This document shows positions 34,673-47,888 of a stretch of 64,000 nucleotides of DNA, piece by piece. Within the stretch, counting starts at the first letter, position 1. Every line of letters begins with the position of its first letter. The stretch comes from Paramoeba atlantica (Eukaryota; Protista; Discosea): assembly GCA_977017575.1 (NCBI GenBank), contig CDRNVI010000076.1:45618-109617 (forward strand), written 5' to 3'. The translations under genes were made by a program, and so were the position numbers. The notes below the pieces were generated by a model. It was not told the DNA's origin and did not search any database. It worked only from the letters and a program-made list of their open reading frames with translations.

Positions 34673-35766
34673 TCAACCAGCCCCGAAAATGGATGGCGCT
34701 CAAGCCCGCCGCCGACAGTTCCCCGGAACTGTAACTGTGGGAGGGCACAAGAAACACAGTTCCGTGTAGGGGTGCGTGGAGGCAAAGCTGCGAAGCCTTT
34801 GGCGTGAGCCTGGGTGGAGCTGCCTCTAGTGCAGATCTTGGTTGTAGTAGCGAATATTCAACTGCGGAAATTCCGCGATATATCGTTGAAGGCTGAAGTG
34901 GGGAAGGGTTTCGTGTCAACGGCGATCGGACACGAGTCACTCGGTACTAAAGCCAACGTTGGACCGCACTTGTGGAACGGGGTGATGGCCGCCCGGGCGC
35001 CGCGTTCGCTCACCTCGTGTGGGCGGGCGTCGATGCCTGGGAACTCTACGGCTCCACCCAGTTGGCTGAAAGTAAAGCGGGCTTAACATTCCCGCAGCTG
35101 ACCATGGGAATTTGAGGCGGTAACGCTTTTGAGACGATGCTGGTGACAGTGTGGGACGGGCCCGGAAGAGTTCTCTTTTCTTTTGAATGGACTTCCCCCT
35201 CCGTTGAGTTCGCGTCGTGCGGTGACGCGGAAGGGGATCCAGCAAAGCCATGCATTTGTGCGTGGTAGGGAAACCGTCTCACGCTTCAGAAAAAGCCAGC
35301 GGGGTCCTATTTCCTGATGGCAGGCCGTACCCATATCCGCATCCGGTCCCCAAGCTTAGAAAGCTCTAGCCAATAGAACAAGGTAGTCTAAGGGAAGTCG
35401 GCAAATTAGATGCGTATGCTCGCGAGAAGCATTGGCTCTGAAGGCAAAGCTGTTGGGAGCCGGCAAGTCCCTGGGCTCAAGGTCCTGGCTGACGTGCCCG
35501 CGTCGCGTGCTCCGCCCGCCTTGCGTGGGTGGGGCGTGTGTGCTGCGGTGTCACGCTTGACGGGGCCTCCAGGGACTACGCCGACCCTTCGGGGACGGTG
35601 CAGCCGGGCAAACTCTCACAGCGCTGAATTGCTGTTTCAGAACTGCTTACCAAGGGGAATCCAACTGTATAATTAAAACACAGGCTTGCGACGCAGCCAA
35701 GTGCTGTATGACGCAAGCTGATTTCTGCCCAGTGCTCTGAATGTCAATGTGACGAGATTCACCTAC

Positions 35767-35823
<57 letters not shown>

Positions 35824-36568
35824 TTCTAATTAGAGACGCGCATGAATGGATTAATGAGATTCCCACTGTCCCTAGCTACCATCTAGCGAACCAACTGCGT
35901 CAAGGGAACGGTCTTGAATGATTAAGCGGGGAAAGAAGACCCTGTTGAGTTTGACTCCAGTCTCAGTTTGCCGGGCGACATAGGAGGTGTAGTCATAGGT
36001 GGGAGGTGCTCGAAAGGGTGCCGGTTCTGAAAAACCACTTCTTTTATCGTTGCTCGGCAAATCCAATGATAAGGCAAAGGGAGTTATGTCTTAAGGGGCT
36101 TCACGGCTCCCAGGGCATTCGTGCACCGTCCGAGTCCTACGGGAAATTCAACGGTGCCAACTCACCTGTTGTAGCTCTAAACCCAGGTGCGGATGTACCA
36201 GGGTGAGCCTATGTTTGGAGACAAGACTGAGATGGGGAGTTTGGCTGGGGCGGCATATCTGCTAAACGACAACGCAGGTGTCCTAAGGCGAGCTCAGTGA
36301 GGACAGAAACCTCACGTGGCGCACAAGGGCAAAAGCTCGCTTGATCTTAGACTTTCAGTACGAGTCTAGAATGTGAAAGCATGGCCAGCGATCCTTTGAG
36401 CACGTACATTCAGGTATAATGCCAGAGGTGTCATAAAAATTACCACAGGGATAACTGGCTTGTGGCAGCCAAGCGTTCCTAGCGACGTTGCCGTTTGATC
36501 CTTCGATGTCGGCTCTTCCTAGCCTTGCGCCGCAGTTGACGCAAAGGGTCGGATTGTTCACCCGGATG

Positions 36569-36612
<44 letters not shown>

Positions 36613-36992
36613 TTACCCTACTTAATCAAACATTTCGGCAGGTTTGCCGAGGGAAATACGAAGTAGTACGAGAGGAACTTTCGTTTCGCCTCCCTAGCAA
36701 CAGCGGCCCTTTGAAAAGAGGCGCCGCAAGACCACCAGGCGATGATTAACAGCTGAACGCCTCTTAAGCTGGAAATCAATCCCGAAGCAAACTTGGGCCT
36801 TCTAGGCCACTTGGGCGCAAAACGCGAGCGCGAAAACCATAATTACTCAAGTAATACGCGCGGTAGTAACCCTACCCCTATGAAAGAGCGGAGCGTCCAA
36901 TCACACCCGGAACAGACGATTCCTTATGCACGACCTGGTGTAAGTGTTGGAGGAACCTCGGTTCCGACTCACTGAGCCCGTGTACGTGCCCA
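33228..36992 (+). rRNA. LSU rRNA, unit 4
   Basis: Offset 32603 from unit 1. Confidence 0.95.
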
Positions 36993-39226
36993 TAGGTGCA
37001 ATTTTGCAATTCAATCTACCTAACAAGGAGTAGGTAACAAGGCCTAACTTAGGCAACAACAAGGCAATAGTCTTGACACACACACTCAGATCCCTGCATG
37101 GGATCTCACAAACGTGCATTCCATATAAACAACCACAGGGGTGGTCAATAAAAAAGGACCCCACATTCTCGTCACCAACATCCACGGTGAGTCCTGCACA
37201 ACCCTCTCTCTTCAAGCTTATACAGCTTCCTCACTATATAAATGAAACAGATGTAGAGCACATAGCAGGTGTGCTATGTGTGATCATGTGTTGATACACT
37301 CTCACTCCACGGTCAAGTCTCAACAACCTCATGGTTGGGTCAGACACCCACTCACACGACAACAAAGTCCTTATGCACGACCTGGTGTAAGTGTTGGAGG
37401 AACCTCGGTTCCGACTCACTGAGCCCGTGTACGTGCCCATAGGTGCAATTTTGCAATTCAATCTACCTAACAAGGAGTAAACAAAGATAACACAAAGGTG
37501 TTATGCCTTGATCACAGAGACAAAACCGTCTCGATCACAAAGACTCCGCATTACAGTGTGGGGATCTCAGGAACGTGCTTCTCATGTGCACAAGAATGTA
37601 TGTGTTCCACATGCACGAGAGGTACATAAAGCGCTTCATGGTAGTCTCATGGTTGGGTCAGACACCCACTCACACGACAACAAAGTCTTTATGCACGACC
37701 TGGTGTAAGTGTTGGAGGAATCTCCTTAACAAAGATATAGGAGTAAACAAAGGCCATGTCTTGATCACAAAGACGCTCCGCATTACGGCGTGGGGATCTC
37801 AGGAACGTGCTTCTCATGTGCACAAGAACATGTGTGAATCAACACACTACCTTCTTACTTAACCTCTTTTACACACAGCTTGGGTCTTACGGCATACACA
37901 AGAGTAGGTGCATACGACGCATAAGACAAAAAAATCAGAATGATCTAGTTGAAAGAACCTCCGTTCCGACTCACTGTACTACCACTTTGTTCCACAGATC
38001 GCTCTGTTTTTAACCGGATGGGAGTAGCTTAGTATGATTGAAATGGATTGAATGCGTAACGACGCCTCCAATCCCTCCACCGAGGCACGGCATCCACACC
38101 GCAGTGAGGATGATGCGTGCGCAAGAGTTAGTACTGTCTGAGAATAAAAAAATCAACAAGGTACAGAAACTGTATCTCTATCGTTACCGTGTACATGCCT
38201 CTAAGTGCAATTTCGCAAATCAACGAAAACAAATGATCCTTCACAGGGCAGACATACTCATGACTCTGCTTTCAAGGCACTGCAGTCATGAGCTGCAGTC
38301 ATTTTGGGGGCGAGGTTGTCCAGTGATTGACTGCTCGTTACACTCGCTTAGCGATGAATTCCGATCCTTCATCCCTTCGTCAAAGTCATCCCACTTCCGA
38401 TTTACGTCATCTATCTTCCCGGAATACGGGAAATTCGTTTTTGAGTGGGAATGTTCTATGAGAGAGAAAGCACTGAGTATGGAGAGGAAAGCTAGTGAAC
38501 AAGAGAGCCAAACTACAAATTTTATAAGTAGTGCACGTGAATTTGTTCCGTACATCGATAAGTAGCGTACCTGGATAAGTAGCGTGCTTGGGGGCACAGA
38601 TGGGCGTTGTAGTAGTTTGGATGAGTACTCATCGAAACGACCTCTGCACATGGTACTTTGGATGAGTACTTTTCACTATATTACCAACGTCTGACTCTGT
38701 AAGGCTAAACTGTGAACGTAGCCCTGGGACACGTGTGCTTCTCTCTAGATTCGTGGGAAGCAATTTGCGAAGCCCAACTACTTGATAACAAATTTTAGTA
38801 CCCATTTTGGCCGCGCGGGGGCCCCCGCGTGAGCGGGGGTGCGCGCGGCCGCGAAACGGCGAGGGCCCGCGTGAGCGGGCCTGAGCCGTACCCCGCGTAG
38901 GATTCCCCTGTGCGTCGTTAGTGGGAAGCAATTTGCGAAGCTCACCGATTTTCGTAGTTTTCTCTACGCAGGCGTTGTCAACGTATGTAGTGAAGTGTAG
39001 GATACTGAACGCACGGAAAACGAAAATCAAAAAAAAATCTTGGGTGTTCCACAAAAGTCCTTGACTTATGCAAAAGTCCTTGACTTCCACCGGCGCTGAG
39101 AACCTATGTCTGCCACTTCCGCAGGATTGTGTATTTTTGTACTATATTGCATCACCTATAACCTGGCAACAATTTACGTGATTGCTGACTACGGAAGAAA
39201 GTACTCATGAGATGCGCCACGGAAGA

Positions 39227-39617
39227 AAGTACTCATCCAAAGTACCATGTGCAGAGGTCGTTTCAATGAGTACTCATCCAAACTACCATGTGAAGAGGTC
39301 GTTTCGATGAGTACTCATCCAAACTACCATGTGAAGAGGTCGTTTCGATGAGTACTCATCCAAACTACCATGTTAAGAGGTCGTTTCAATGAGTACTCAT
39401 CCAAACTACCATGTGAAGAGGTCGTTTCAATGAGTACTCATCCAAACTACCATGTGAAGAGGTCGTTTCAATGAGTACGCATCCAAACTACCATGTGAAG
39501 AGGTCGTTTCAATGAGTACTCATCCAAACTACCATGTGAAGAGGTCGTTTCAATGAGTACTCATCCAAACTACCATGTGAAGAGGTCATTTCGATGAGTA
39601 CTCATCCAAACTACCAT
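39227..39617. repeat. 41-bp array, unit 4
   Basis: Same as unit 1. Confidence 0.95.
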
Positions 39618-39790
39618 TACAACGCGATTTATGGTAGTTTGGATGAGTACTTCCATTTTCGTCGGAGGCCGGTGATAGTAGTTTGGATGAGTACTCATCG
39701 AAACTACCACAACCCCCTAGGAGGTAATGGTAGTTTGGATGAGTACTCATCGGAACTACCACAATCCCCACAGATGCATCGAGCTCCCTC

Positions 39791-40170
39791 TGAAAAAGTG
39801 ACAGCTGGCCACCCTATGAAAAAGTGGCCACCTGGCCCCGCTTTGAAAAAGTGGCCACCTGGCCACCCTATGAAAAAGTGGCCACCTGGCCACCCTATAA
39901 AAAAGTGGCCACCTGGCCACCCTATGAAAAAGTGGCCAGCTAGCCCCGCTTTGAAAAAGTGGCCACCTGGCCACCCTATGCGTAACCTGGCCACCCCATA
40001 AAAAAGGGGCCACCTGGCCACCCTATCGAAAAGTAGCCACCTGGCCACCCTATGAAAAAGTGGCCACCTGGCCACCCTATGAAAAAGTGGCCACCTGGCC
40101 GCCCTATGAAAAAGTGGCCACCTGGCCGCCCTATGAAGAAGTGGCCACCTGGCCACCCTATGAAAAAGTG
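39791..40170. repeat. 27-bp array, unit 4
   Basis: Same as unit 1. Confidence 0.95.
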
Positions 40171-41191
40171 TGGTGTCCGGGTGATAGCCAGGCACGATCC
40201 AAAATTTACTGCTTTTAGCCGCGTGCTCCAGGCTATGAAATCATAGCTTTTGCCGCACTGCACACTTTTTAGGCTGTGCGCACTACGGACGGCACATCGG
40301 CCAAGCATCCAATGATCATTTGTTAGTGTGTATGGGTATTTACCCTAGTTTCCTAGTGTTTCGTTGTGTTAACACTGGGTAACTCCATACGCGGGAAAGA
40401 ATCTGTCCTACTTTTTTAGCACCTTGATTTATTGGTGACGGGCAGACTCTTTCCGCGGCATTCCTCACACCCTAGTTCTTTGGCGCCTTGTTTTGTTGCC
40501 GCCGGGTGCTGGAATTGCTATTTTTGGAGATGAAAAAGGTCCAAAAAGTTGTTCACCCACTCACTGTAATCCTGTAAGAAACCCCTTTTGTCCTACAAGT
40601 GGGGTCGTAGCGCAAGCTTCTCTCGCGAGAGACTTCCCTATGTCGGTCCTCGTACTCTTTTGAAGCGGGGCTGAGACAACTTTCACACCGTTGGCGGTGC
40701 AGGTGGTGAAAGAGAAAAAATTAGAGATCAGCAATGAGGGGATTCACGCGGCGACGTAGGCATTGAACAAGGGTTTTCTTTCTCAAAAGTTTCTACAGAA
40801 AGTGTGTGTTTCCACTCACGCACCTCACTGGAGACACCCCATTAACTGGGTAGCGCGAGACTTGCTAACCAACGCTTAAGTGAATCTCGTGTTGCGTCAG
40901 GCTCTGCTTTGCTTGTATTCGCTAAAACTACACTGCTCCGGATTGTTAGAATTGAAGATTTTTATGCTTTGGTCTCTGCTGGAGATGGGGTAGGATTATC
41001 TCTCCCACCTGACACATCCAAAAGGATATCTAGACAACATCATCCCGTTCGGTTAATAAGAAAGGGGTGCTTAACGAAAAAGTGGTGCTTAGCAAAGAAG
41101 GGGTGGGTTGCCTGGAAAAGTAACGTACCTTCTTGGTTTCCCGAAACGATTTATTCCGTGAGATCCCGATGATTAGTCCTTCCCGAGATGG

Positions 41192-41354
41192 AAAAAGTGG
41201 CCACCTGGCCACCCCCCAAAAAAAGTGGCCACCTGGCCACCCCCCAAAAAAAGTGGCCACCTGGCCACCCCCCAAAAAAAGTGGCCACCTGGCCACCCCC
41301 CAAAAAAAGTGGCCACCTGGCCACCCCCCCAAAAAAAGTGGCCACCTGGCCACC
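41192..41354. repeat. 28/29-bp array, unit 4: 6 cores
   Basis: Cores at 41197, 41225, 41253, 41281, 41309, 41338 (28,28,28,28,29). Confidence 0.95.
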
Positions 41355-41615
41355 AAAAACACGGTTTGCATTTTGTATATATAAGATGAAAAAAATTTTG
41401 GATGGTTCGACCCGTAATTGAAAGTGAGGCGAAAGTGTCCACAAGTCGCAACGCAGCTCACTCGTATGATTGAATACATCTTGTGGCTTCCTAGTAAGCC
41501 GATGTATGCACGATGAGGAACAGAAATACAGTCCCATTGAGATGGGTACTACATTGAACCTTGCAGTTTACTGTGAGGGAACAGATTGAGAGAGGAATCA
41601 CCCTCCCTTTCAAGA

Positions 41616-43640
41616 AACCTGGTTGATTCTGCCAGTAGTCATATGCTTGTTTCAAGGATTAAGCCATGCAAGCCTAAGAGTAACTGAGACAATAGGAGGT
41701 CTGCGAACGGCTCATTATATCAGAAATGATCTACCGGGAGAATTGCAGTGAAAACTGCTTGAATGGATAACTTCGCGAAAGGCGAAGCTAATACATGTAC
41801 GTCACGTGACACATTCCATTCAACCACTGCGGGGAAACCCAAGGTGGGGAATGTGGCTCGCGAATGGTTGGTACAAAGACCGACGCCAGTAATGGCAGTG
41901 TCGTAAATTGATGAATCAAACCATTCAGCAAAAGCGCACCTTTGGTGTGCGAGTCCCGACGAATTTCTGCCCTATCAGCTTTTGACGGTAGTGTAGTGGA
42001 CTACCGTGGCGATAACGGGTACGGGGAATTAGGGTTCGATTCCGGAGAGGGAGCCTGAGAAACAGCTACCACTTCTACGGAGGGCAGCAGGCGCGTAAAT
42101 TGCCCAATGCCAAATTGGTGAGGCAGCGAAGAGAAATAGCGTCCCCGCCTCTTTGAGTGTGGGGTTCGCAATGGGTGGTACGTAAACCCACCAACGAGTA
42201 ACAATTGGAGGACAAGTCTGGTGCCAGCACCCGCGGTAATTCCAGCTCCAATAGCGTATATTAACGTTGTTGCTGTTAAAGGGTTCGTAGTTGAATTCAG
42301 AGTGGTGAAAGTTTGCTGCCTCGGCAGCTCTTCCTCACCACTCTGTCCTAGACGGGGCCGGAGTCTGCGGAAGCGTCCCTTCAGTGGTGACGTGGAAGCG
42401 GTTGGCCGAAGAGGCTAACATCCCACATGCAACGCATGTCGAGACCGCCCGTCGTTATCACTGTGAAGAAAACAGCGTGTTCAAAGCAGCCGCCTGCGGC
42501 TGGATGATAAAGCATGGAATGACAAAGCATCGACCACTGGGTCAGTCTTTTGTCGGTTTTTACGACCCAACATGGGTAATCGGTTGGCGAAGTGTTAATT
42601 TCCGTCACCTTGTGTGATGGAAAGCTTCGTCGAACACGGGATCAATGGGGGTTGTCGGGGGAAAACGTATCTGAGCGTGAGAGGTGAAATTCTTAGACCG
42701 CTCGGGGACGAACTTATGCGAAGGCATTTTCCAAGTATACCTTCATCAATCAAGAACTAAAGTGTGGAGATCGAAGATGATTAGATACCATTGTAGTCCA
42801 CGACTGCAAACGATGACGCCCATGGATCGGATAGCATTTTGCTCTGATGGGATCTTTTCGGCACTGCTCCCCCTTCAACGCGAAAGCTGAGGCTATGGTC
42901 TCATGGGGGAGTACGTTCGCAAGGCTGAAACTTAAAGAAATTGACGGAATGGCACCACCAGGCGTGGAGTGTGCGGTTTAATTTGACTCAACACGGGGAA
43001 CCTTACCAGGACAGGACAACGGTAGGATTGACAGATTGAGAGTTCTTTCTTAATTCGTTTGACGGTGGTGCATGGCCGCTTTTGGTCGGTGAAGTGATTT
43101 GTTTGGTTGATTCCTTTAACGGACGAGACCCAATCCGCTTACTAGGGGCACCATCTACCGAAAGGTAAACGGAAGCGAGGGGATTCGTCCCACTCGTCTT
43201 CCCAGATAGTGCATCCCCTTCTTCGCGGCATTCCGTGCGCCTTAGCACGGTGGCATTTTGGGCAACAGCAGGTCCGTGATGCTCCTAAATGTCCTGGGCG
43301 ACACGCGCACTACAATGACAAAGTGAATGAGTGAAGCCTTTTTGGTCCTTCTTCGAAAGAAGTGGGGAAACTGAGAAAACTCTGTCGTGCTTGGGATCGA
43401 AGCTTGCAATTATTCTTCTTGAACGAGGAATGCCTAGTAGACGTGCTTCATCAAAGCGCATTGACTATGTCCCTGCCATTTGTACACACCGCCCGTCGTT
43501 GTTACCGATGCCAGTTGGATAAAGGTTAACGGACTTGCGATCCCTTCGAGGATTGTGGGAAAGTTAACCCATATTTAACTAGTAGAGGAAGCAAAAGTCG
43601 TAACAAGGTAGCTGTAGGTGAACCTGCAGCTGGATCATTT
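41616..43640 (+). rRNA. 18S rRNA, complete; carries a C>T variant at 43468
   Basis: Matches the other copies except GACTATGTCCC in place of GACTACGTCCC. Confidence 0.97.
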
Positions 43641-43893
43641 CGAAAGTTTTCGAACCTTGAACAACAGGCACACCGTACGGTGCGTCCTAACGCAGCCCTC
43701 CCGAGTGCTCGTTTGCGCTCGGGGAAGGGAAACCGTCTGTTCCAAACCCCGTTCGCGGGGTTTGGGGGGACTCTTTTTTTGTTCCTCCTCGTCGACGGCG
43801 CAAGCCGTAGACGGCTCAAGGGGGTTTACTCGGCCCGGTGCTACGCGTGGGGGGGAAACCCCCCACGCGCCCGGATGAAACCGAGTCATGTAT

Positions 43894-44051
43894 AACTTAT
43901 GACGGTGGATGTCTTGGCTTCCCAATCGATGAAGGACGCGGCAATATGCGATAATTCGTACGCATTGCAGAATCAAGCGTAGTACTAAACCTTTGAACGC
44001 AACATGTGTGCTGGGTCTCGCACTCAAGCACGTCCACAGTTCAGTGCCGAT
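43894..44051 (+). rRNA. 5.8S rRNA, unit 5
   Basis: Offset 43499 from unit 1. Confidence 0.93.
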
Positions 44052-44123
44052 AACCTTGCTGGGGAACGACACGTGCCCTGAAATCGAATTCCGTTGGTGT
44101 CTCACACCAAAGAAACCATTTTC

Positions 44124-45534
44124 AAGGCCTGAGCTGTGGTCGACCACCCGCTGAACTTAAGCATATCATTAAGCGGAGGAAAAGAAAACAACTGTGATTC
44201 CCCTAGTAGCGGCGAGCGAAGAGGGATTAGCCCAATCCGAATCGGATCACATCCGAATTGTGGGGTAAGAGGTCTCAGGAAAGCCTGGACACTCGGACAA
44301 GTCTTCCTGGAACGGAGCGCCATAGAGGGTGAGAGCCCCTTGATCCGAGTCCTCCTCAGGCGGGATTAACTTGAGACTTGCGGAGTAGTACTGCTTGGGA
44401 ATGCAGTGCGAAGGGCAGGTATACCTCTGCCAAGGCTAAATATCTTGGGAAGACCGATAGCATACAAGTAGCGTGAGCGAAAGATGAAAAGCACTTTGGA
44501 GAGAGAGTGAAATAGCACCTGAAGCCGTCATAAGATAAGGGATGTACCACTATCCAAGACGTGTGTAGGGCACCTCGGGGGCAACCCCGGGGTGTCTTCC
44601 GCACACGTCATGTCTGTCGCTGTTCCCACGCCGAGCAAGGGGGTTGGTGTGATTTCGCACCTTCGTCACTTTTGTACTCGAGCGTGTGGTTGGGACAGTC
44701 TTACCCTTCGGGAGGGATGAAACGGTGGAGATCTCGGCTGCGGCTCCGTCCTGGGTTTGGAGCGTCTCCCGCCCTCGGGTGGGGGCCTCCGGCTCGGATG
44801 GGGTTCGCGGCAGGAGCTCCCGTGTTCGCTCTCCACAGACAGACTTTGAGATGGCCATAGGCCACGATGGGGTTCATCCGCCCGTCTTGAAACACGGACC
44901 AAGGAGTCTAACAAGTATGCGAGTCATATACTGGAAAGGTATAAGGCGTACTGAAAGGGAAGCGCGTATGTCCGCGTGAGGTGTCAACCCGTTGTGCGGG
45001 GTTATGCCCCGCACCCGGGTGCAACACCGGCCGAGACTTGGCCATGGGCCGGGTTTTTGAGCCTGAGCATACATGTTGGGACCCGAAAGGTGGTGATCTA
45101 TGCCTGAACAGGACGAAGCCGAGGGAAACCTGGGTGGAGGTCCGTAGCGATGTTGACGTGCAAATCACTCGTTGGATTTGGGTATAGGGGCGAAAGACTC
45201 ATCGAACCACCTAGTAGCTGGTTCACCCCGAAGTTTCCCTCAGGATAGCTGGTGACAGTAAAGCAGTCGTGTGCGGTAAAGCAAATGATTAGAGGCATTG
45301 GCTTCAATTTGATGTCGACCTATTCTCAAACTTTAAACGTGCACAGCATTTGGCTTGCTTTCATGAAGCCAAAGGTAATGGATGATGTCACCAAGTGGGC
45401 CTCTTTCGGTAAGCGGAACAGGCGATGCGGAATGCTCCGCAAGGGAACTTAAGGCGCCTAAGTGCGGGCTCATAGATACCATGAAGGGTGTTCGTTGATC
45501 TAGACAGCAGGACGGTGGCCATGGAAGTCGGAAT

Positions 45535-45568
<34 letters not shown>

Positions 45569-46662
45569 TCAACCAGCCCCGAAAATGGATGGCGCTCAAG
45601 CCCGCCGCCGACAGTTCCCCGGAACTGTAACTGTGGGAGGGCACAAGAAACACAGTTCCGTGTAGGGGTGCGTGGAGGCAAAGCTGCGAAGCCTTTGGCG
45701 TGAGCCTGGGTGGAGCTGCCTCTAGTGCAGATCTTGGTTGTAGTAGCGAATATTCAACTGCGGAAATTCCGCGATATATCGTTGAAGGCTGAAGTGGGGA
45801 AGGGTTTCGTGTCAACGGCGATCGGACACGAGTCACTCGGTACTAAAGCCAACGTTGGACCGCACTTGTGGAACGGGGTGATGGCCGCCCGGGCGCCGCG
45901 TTCGCTCACCTCGTGTGGGCGGGCGTCGATGCCTGGGAACTCTACGGCTCCACCCAGTTGGCTGAAAGTAAAGCGGGCTTAACATTCCCGCAGCTGACCA
46001 TGGGAATTTGAGGCGGTAACGCTTTTGAGACGATGCTGGTGACAGTGTGGGACGGGCCCGGAAGAGTTCTCTTTTCTTTTGAATGGACTTCCCCCTCCGT
46101 TGAGTTCGCGTCGTGCGGTGACGCGGAAGGGGATCCAGCAAAGCCATGCATTTGTGCGTGGTAGGGAAACCGTCTCACGCTTCAGAAAAAGCCAGCGGGG
46201 TCCTATTTCCTGATGGCAGGCCGTACCCATATCCGCATCCGGTCCCCAAGCTTAGAAAGCTCTAGCCAATAGAACAAGGTAGTCTAAGGGAAGTCGGCAA
46301 ATTAGATGCGTATGCTCGCGAGAAGCATTGGCTCTGAAGGCAAAGCTGTTGGGAGCCGGCAAGTCCCTGGGCTCAAGGTCCTGGCTGACGTGCCCGCGTC
46401 GCGTGCTCCGCCCGCCTTGCGTGGGTGGGGCGTGTGTGCTGCGGTGTCACGCTTGACGGGGCCTCCAGGGACTACGCCGACCCTTCGGGGACGGTGCAGC
46501 CGGGCAAACTCTCACAGCGCTGAATTGCTGTTTCAGAACTGCTTACCAAGGGGAATCCAACTGTATAATTAAAACACAGGCTTGCGACGCAGCCAAGTGC
46601 TGTATGACGCAAGCTGATTTCTGCCCAGTGCTCTGAATGTCAATGTGACGAGATTCACCTAC

Positions 46663-46719
<57 letters not shown>

Positions 46720-47464
46720 TTCTAATTAGAGACGCGCATGAATGGATTAATGAGATTCCCACTGTCCCTAGCTACCATCTAGCGAACCAACTGCGTCAAG
46801 GGAACGGTCTTGAATGATTAAGCGGGGAAAGAAGACCCTGTTGAGTTTGACTCCAGTCTCAGTTTGCCGGGCGACATAGGAGGTGTAGTCATAGGTGGGA
46901 GGTGCTCGAAAGGGTGCCGGTTCTGAAAAACCACTTCTTTTATCGTTGCTCGGCAAATCCAATGATAAGGCAAAGGGAGTTATGTCTTAAGGGGCTTCAC
47001 GGCTCCCAGGGCATTCGTGCACCGTCCGAGTCCTACGGGAAATTCAACGGTGCCAACTCACCTGTTGTAGCTCTAAACCCAGGTGCGGATGTACCAGGGT
47101 GAGCCTATGTTTGGAGACAAGACTGAGATGGGGAGTTTGGCTGGGGCGGCATATCTGCTAAACGACAACGCAGGTGTCCTAAGGCGAGCTCAGTGAGGAC
47201 AGAAACCTCACGTGGCGCACAAGGGCAAAAGCTCGCTTGATCTTAGACTTTCAGTACGAGTCTAGAATGTGAAAGCATGGCCAGCGATCCTTTGAGCACG
47301 TACATTCAGGTATAATGCCAGAGGTGTCATAAAAATTACCACAGGGATAACTGGCTTGTGGCAGCCAAGCGTTCCTAGCGACGTTGCCGTTTGATCCTTC
47401 GATGTCGGCTCTTCCTAGCCTTGCGCCGCAGTTGACGCAAAGGGTCGGATTGTTCACCCGGATG

Positions 47465-47508
<44 letters not shown>

Positions 47509-47888
47509 TTACCCTACTTAATCAAACATTTCGGCAGGTTTGCCGAGGGAAATACGAAGTAGTACGAGAGGAACTTTCGTTTCGCCTCCCTAGCAACAGC
47601 GGCCCTTTGAAAAGAGGCGCCGCAAGACCACCAGGCGATGATTAACAGCTGAACGCCTCTTAAGCTGGAAATCAATCCCGAAGCAAACTTGGGCCTTCTA
47701 GGCCACTTGGGCGCAAAACGCGAGCGCGAAAACCATAATTACTCAAGTAATACGCGCGGTAGTAACCCTACCCCTATGAAAGAGCGGAGCGTCCAATCAC
47801 ACCCGGAACAGACGATTCCTTATGCACGACCTGGTGTAAGTGTTGGAGGAACCTCGGTTCCGACTCACTGAGCCCGTGTACGTGCCCA
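44124..47888 (+). rRNA. LSU rRNA, unit 5
   Basis: Offset 43499 from unit 1. Confidence 0.95.
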
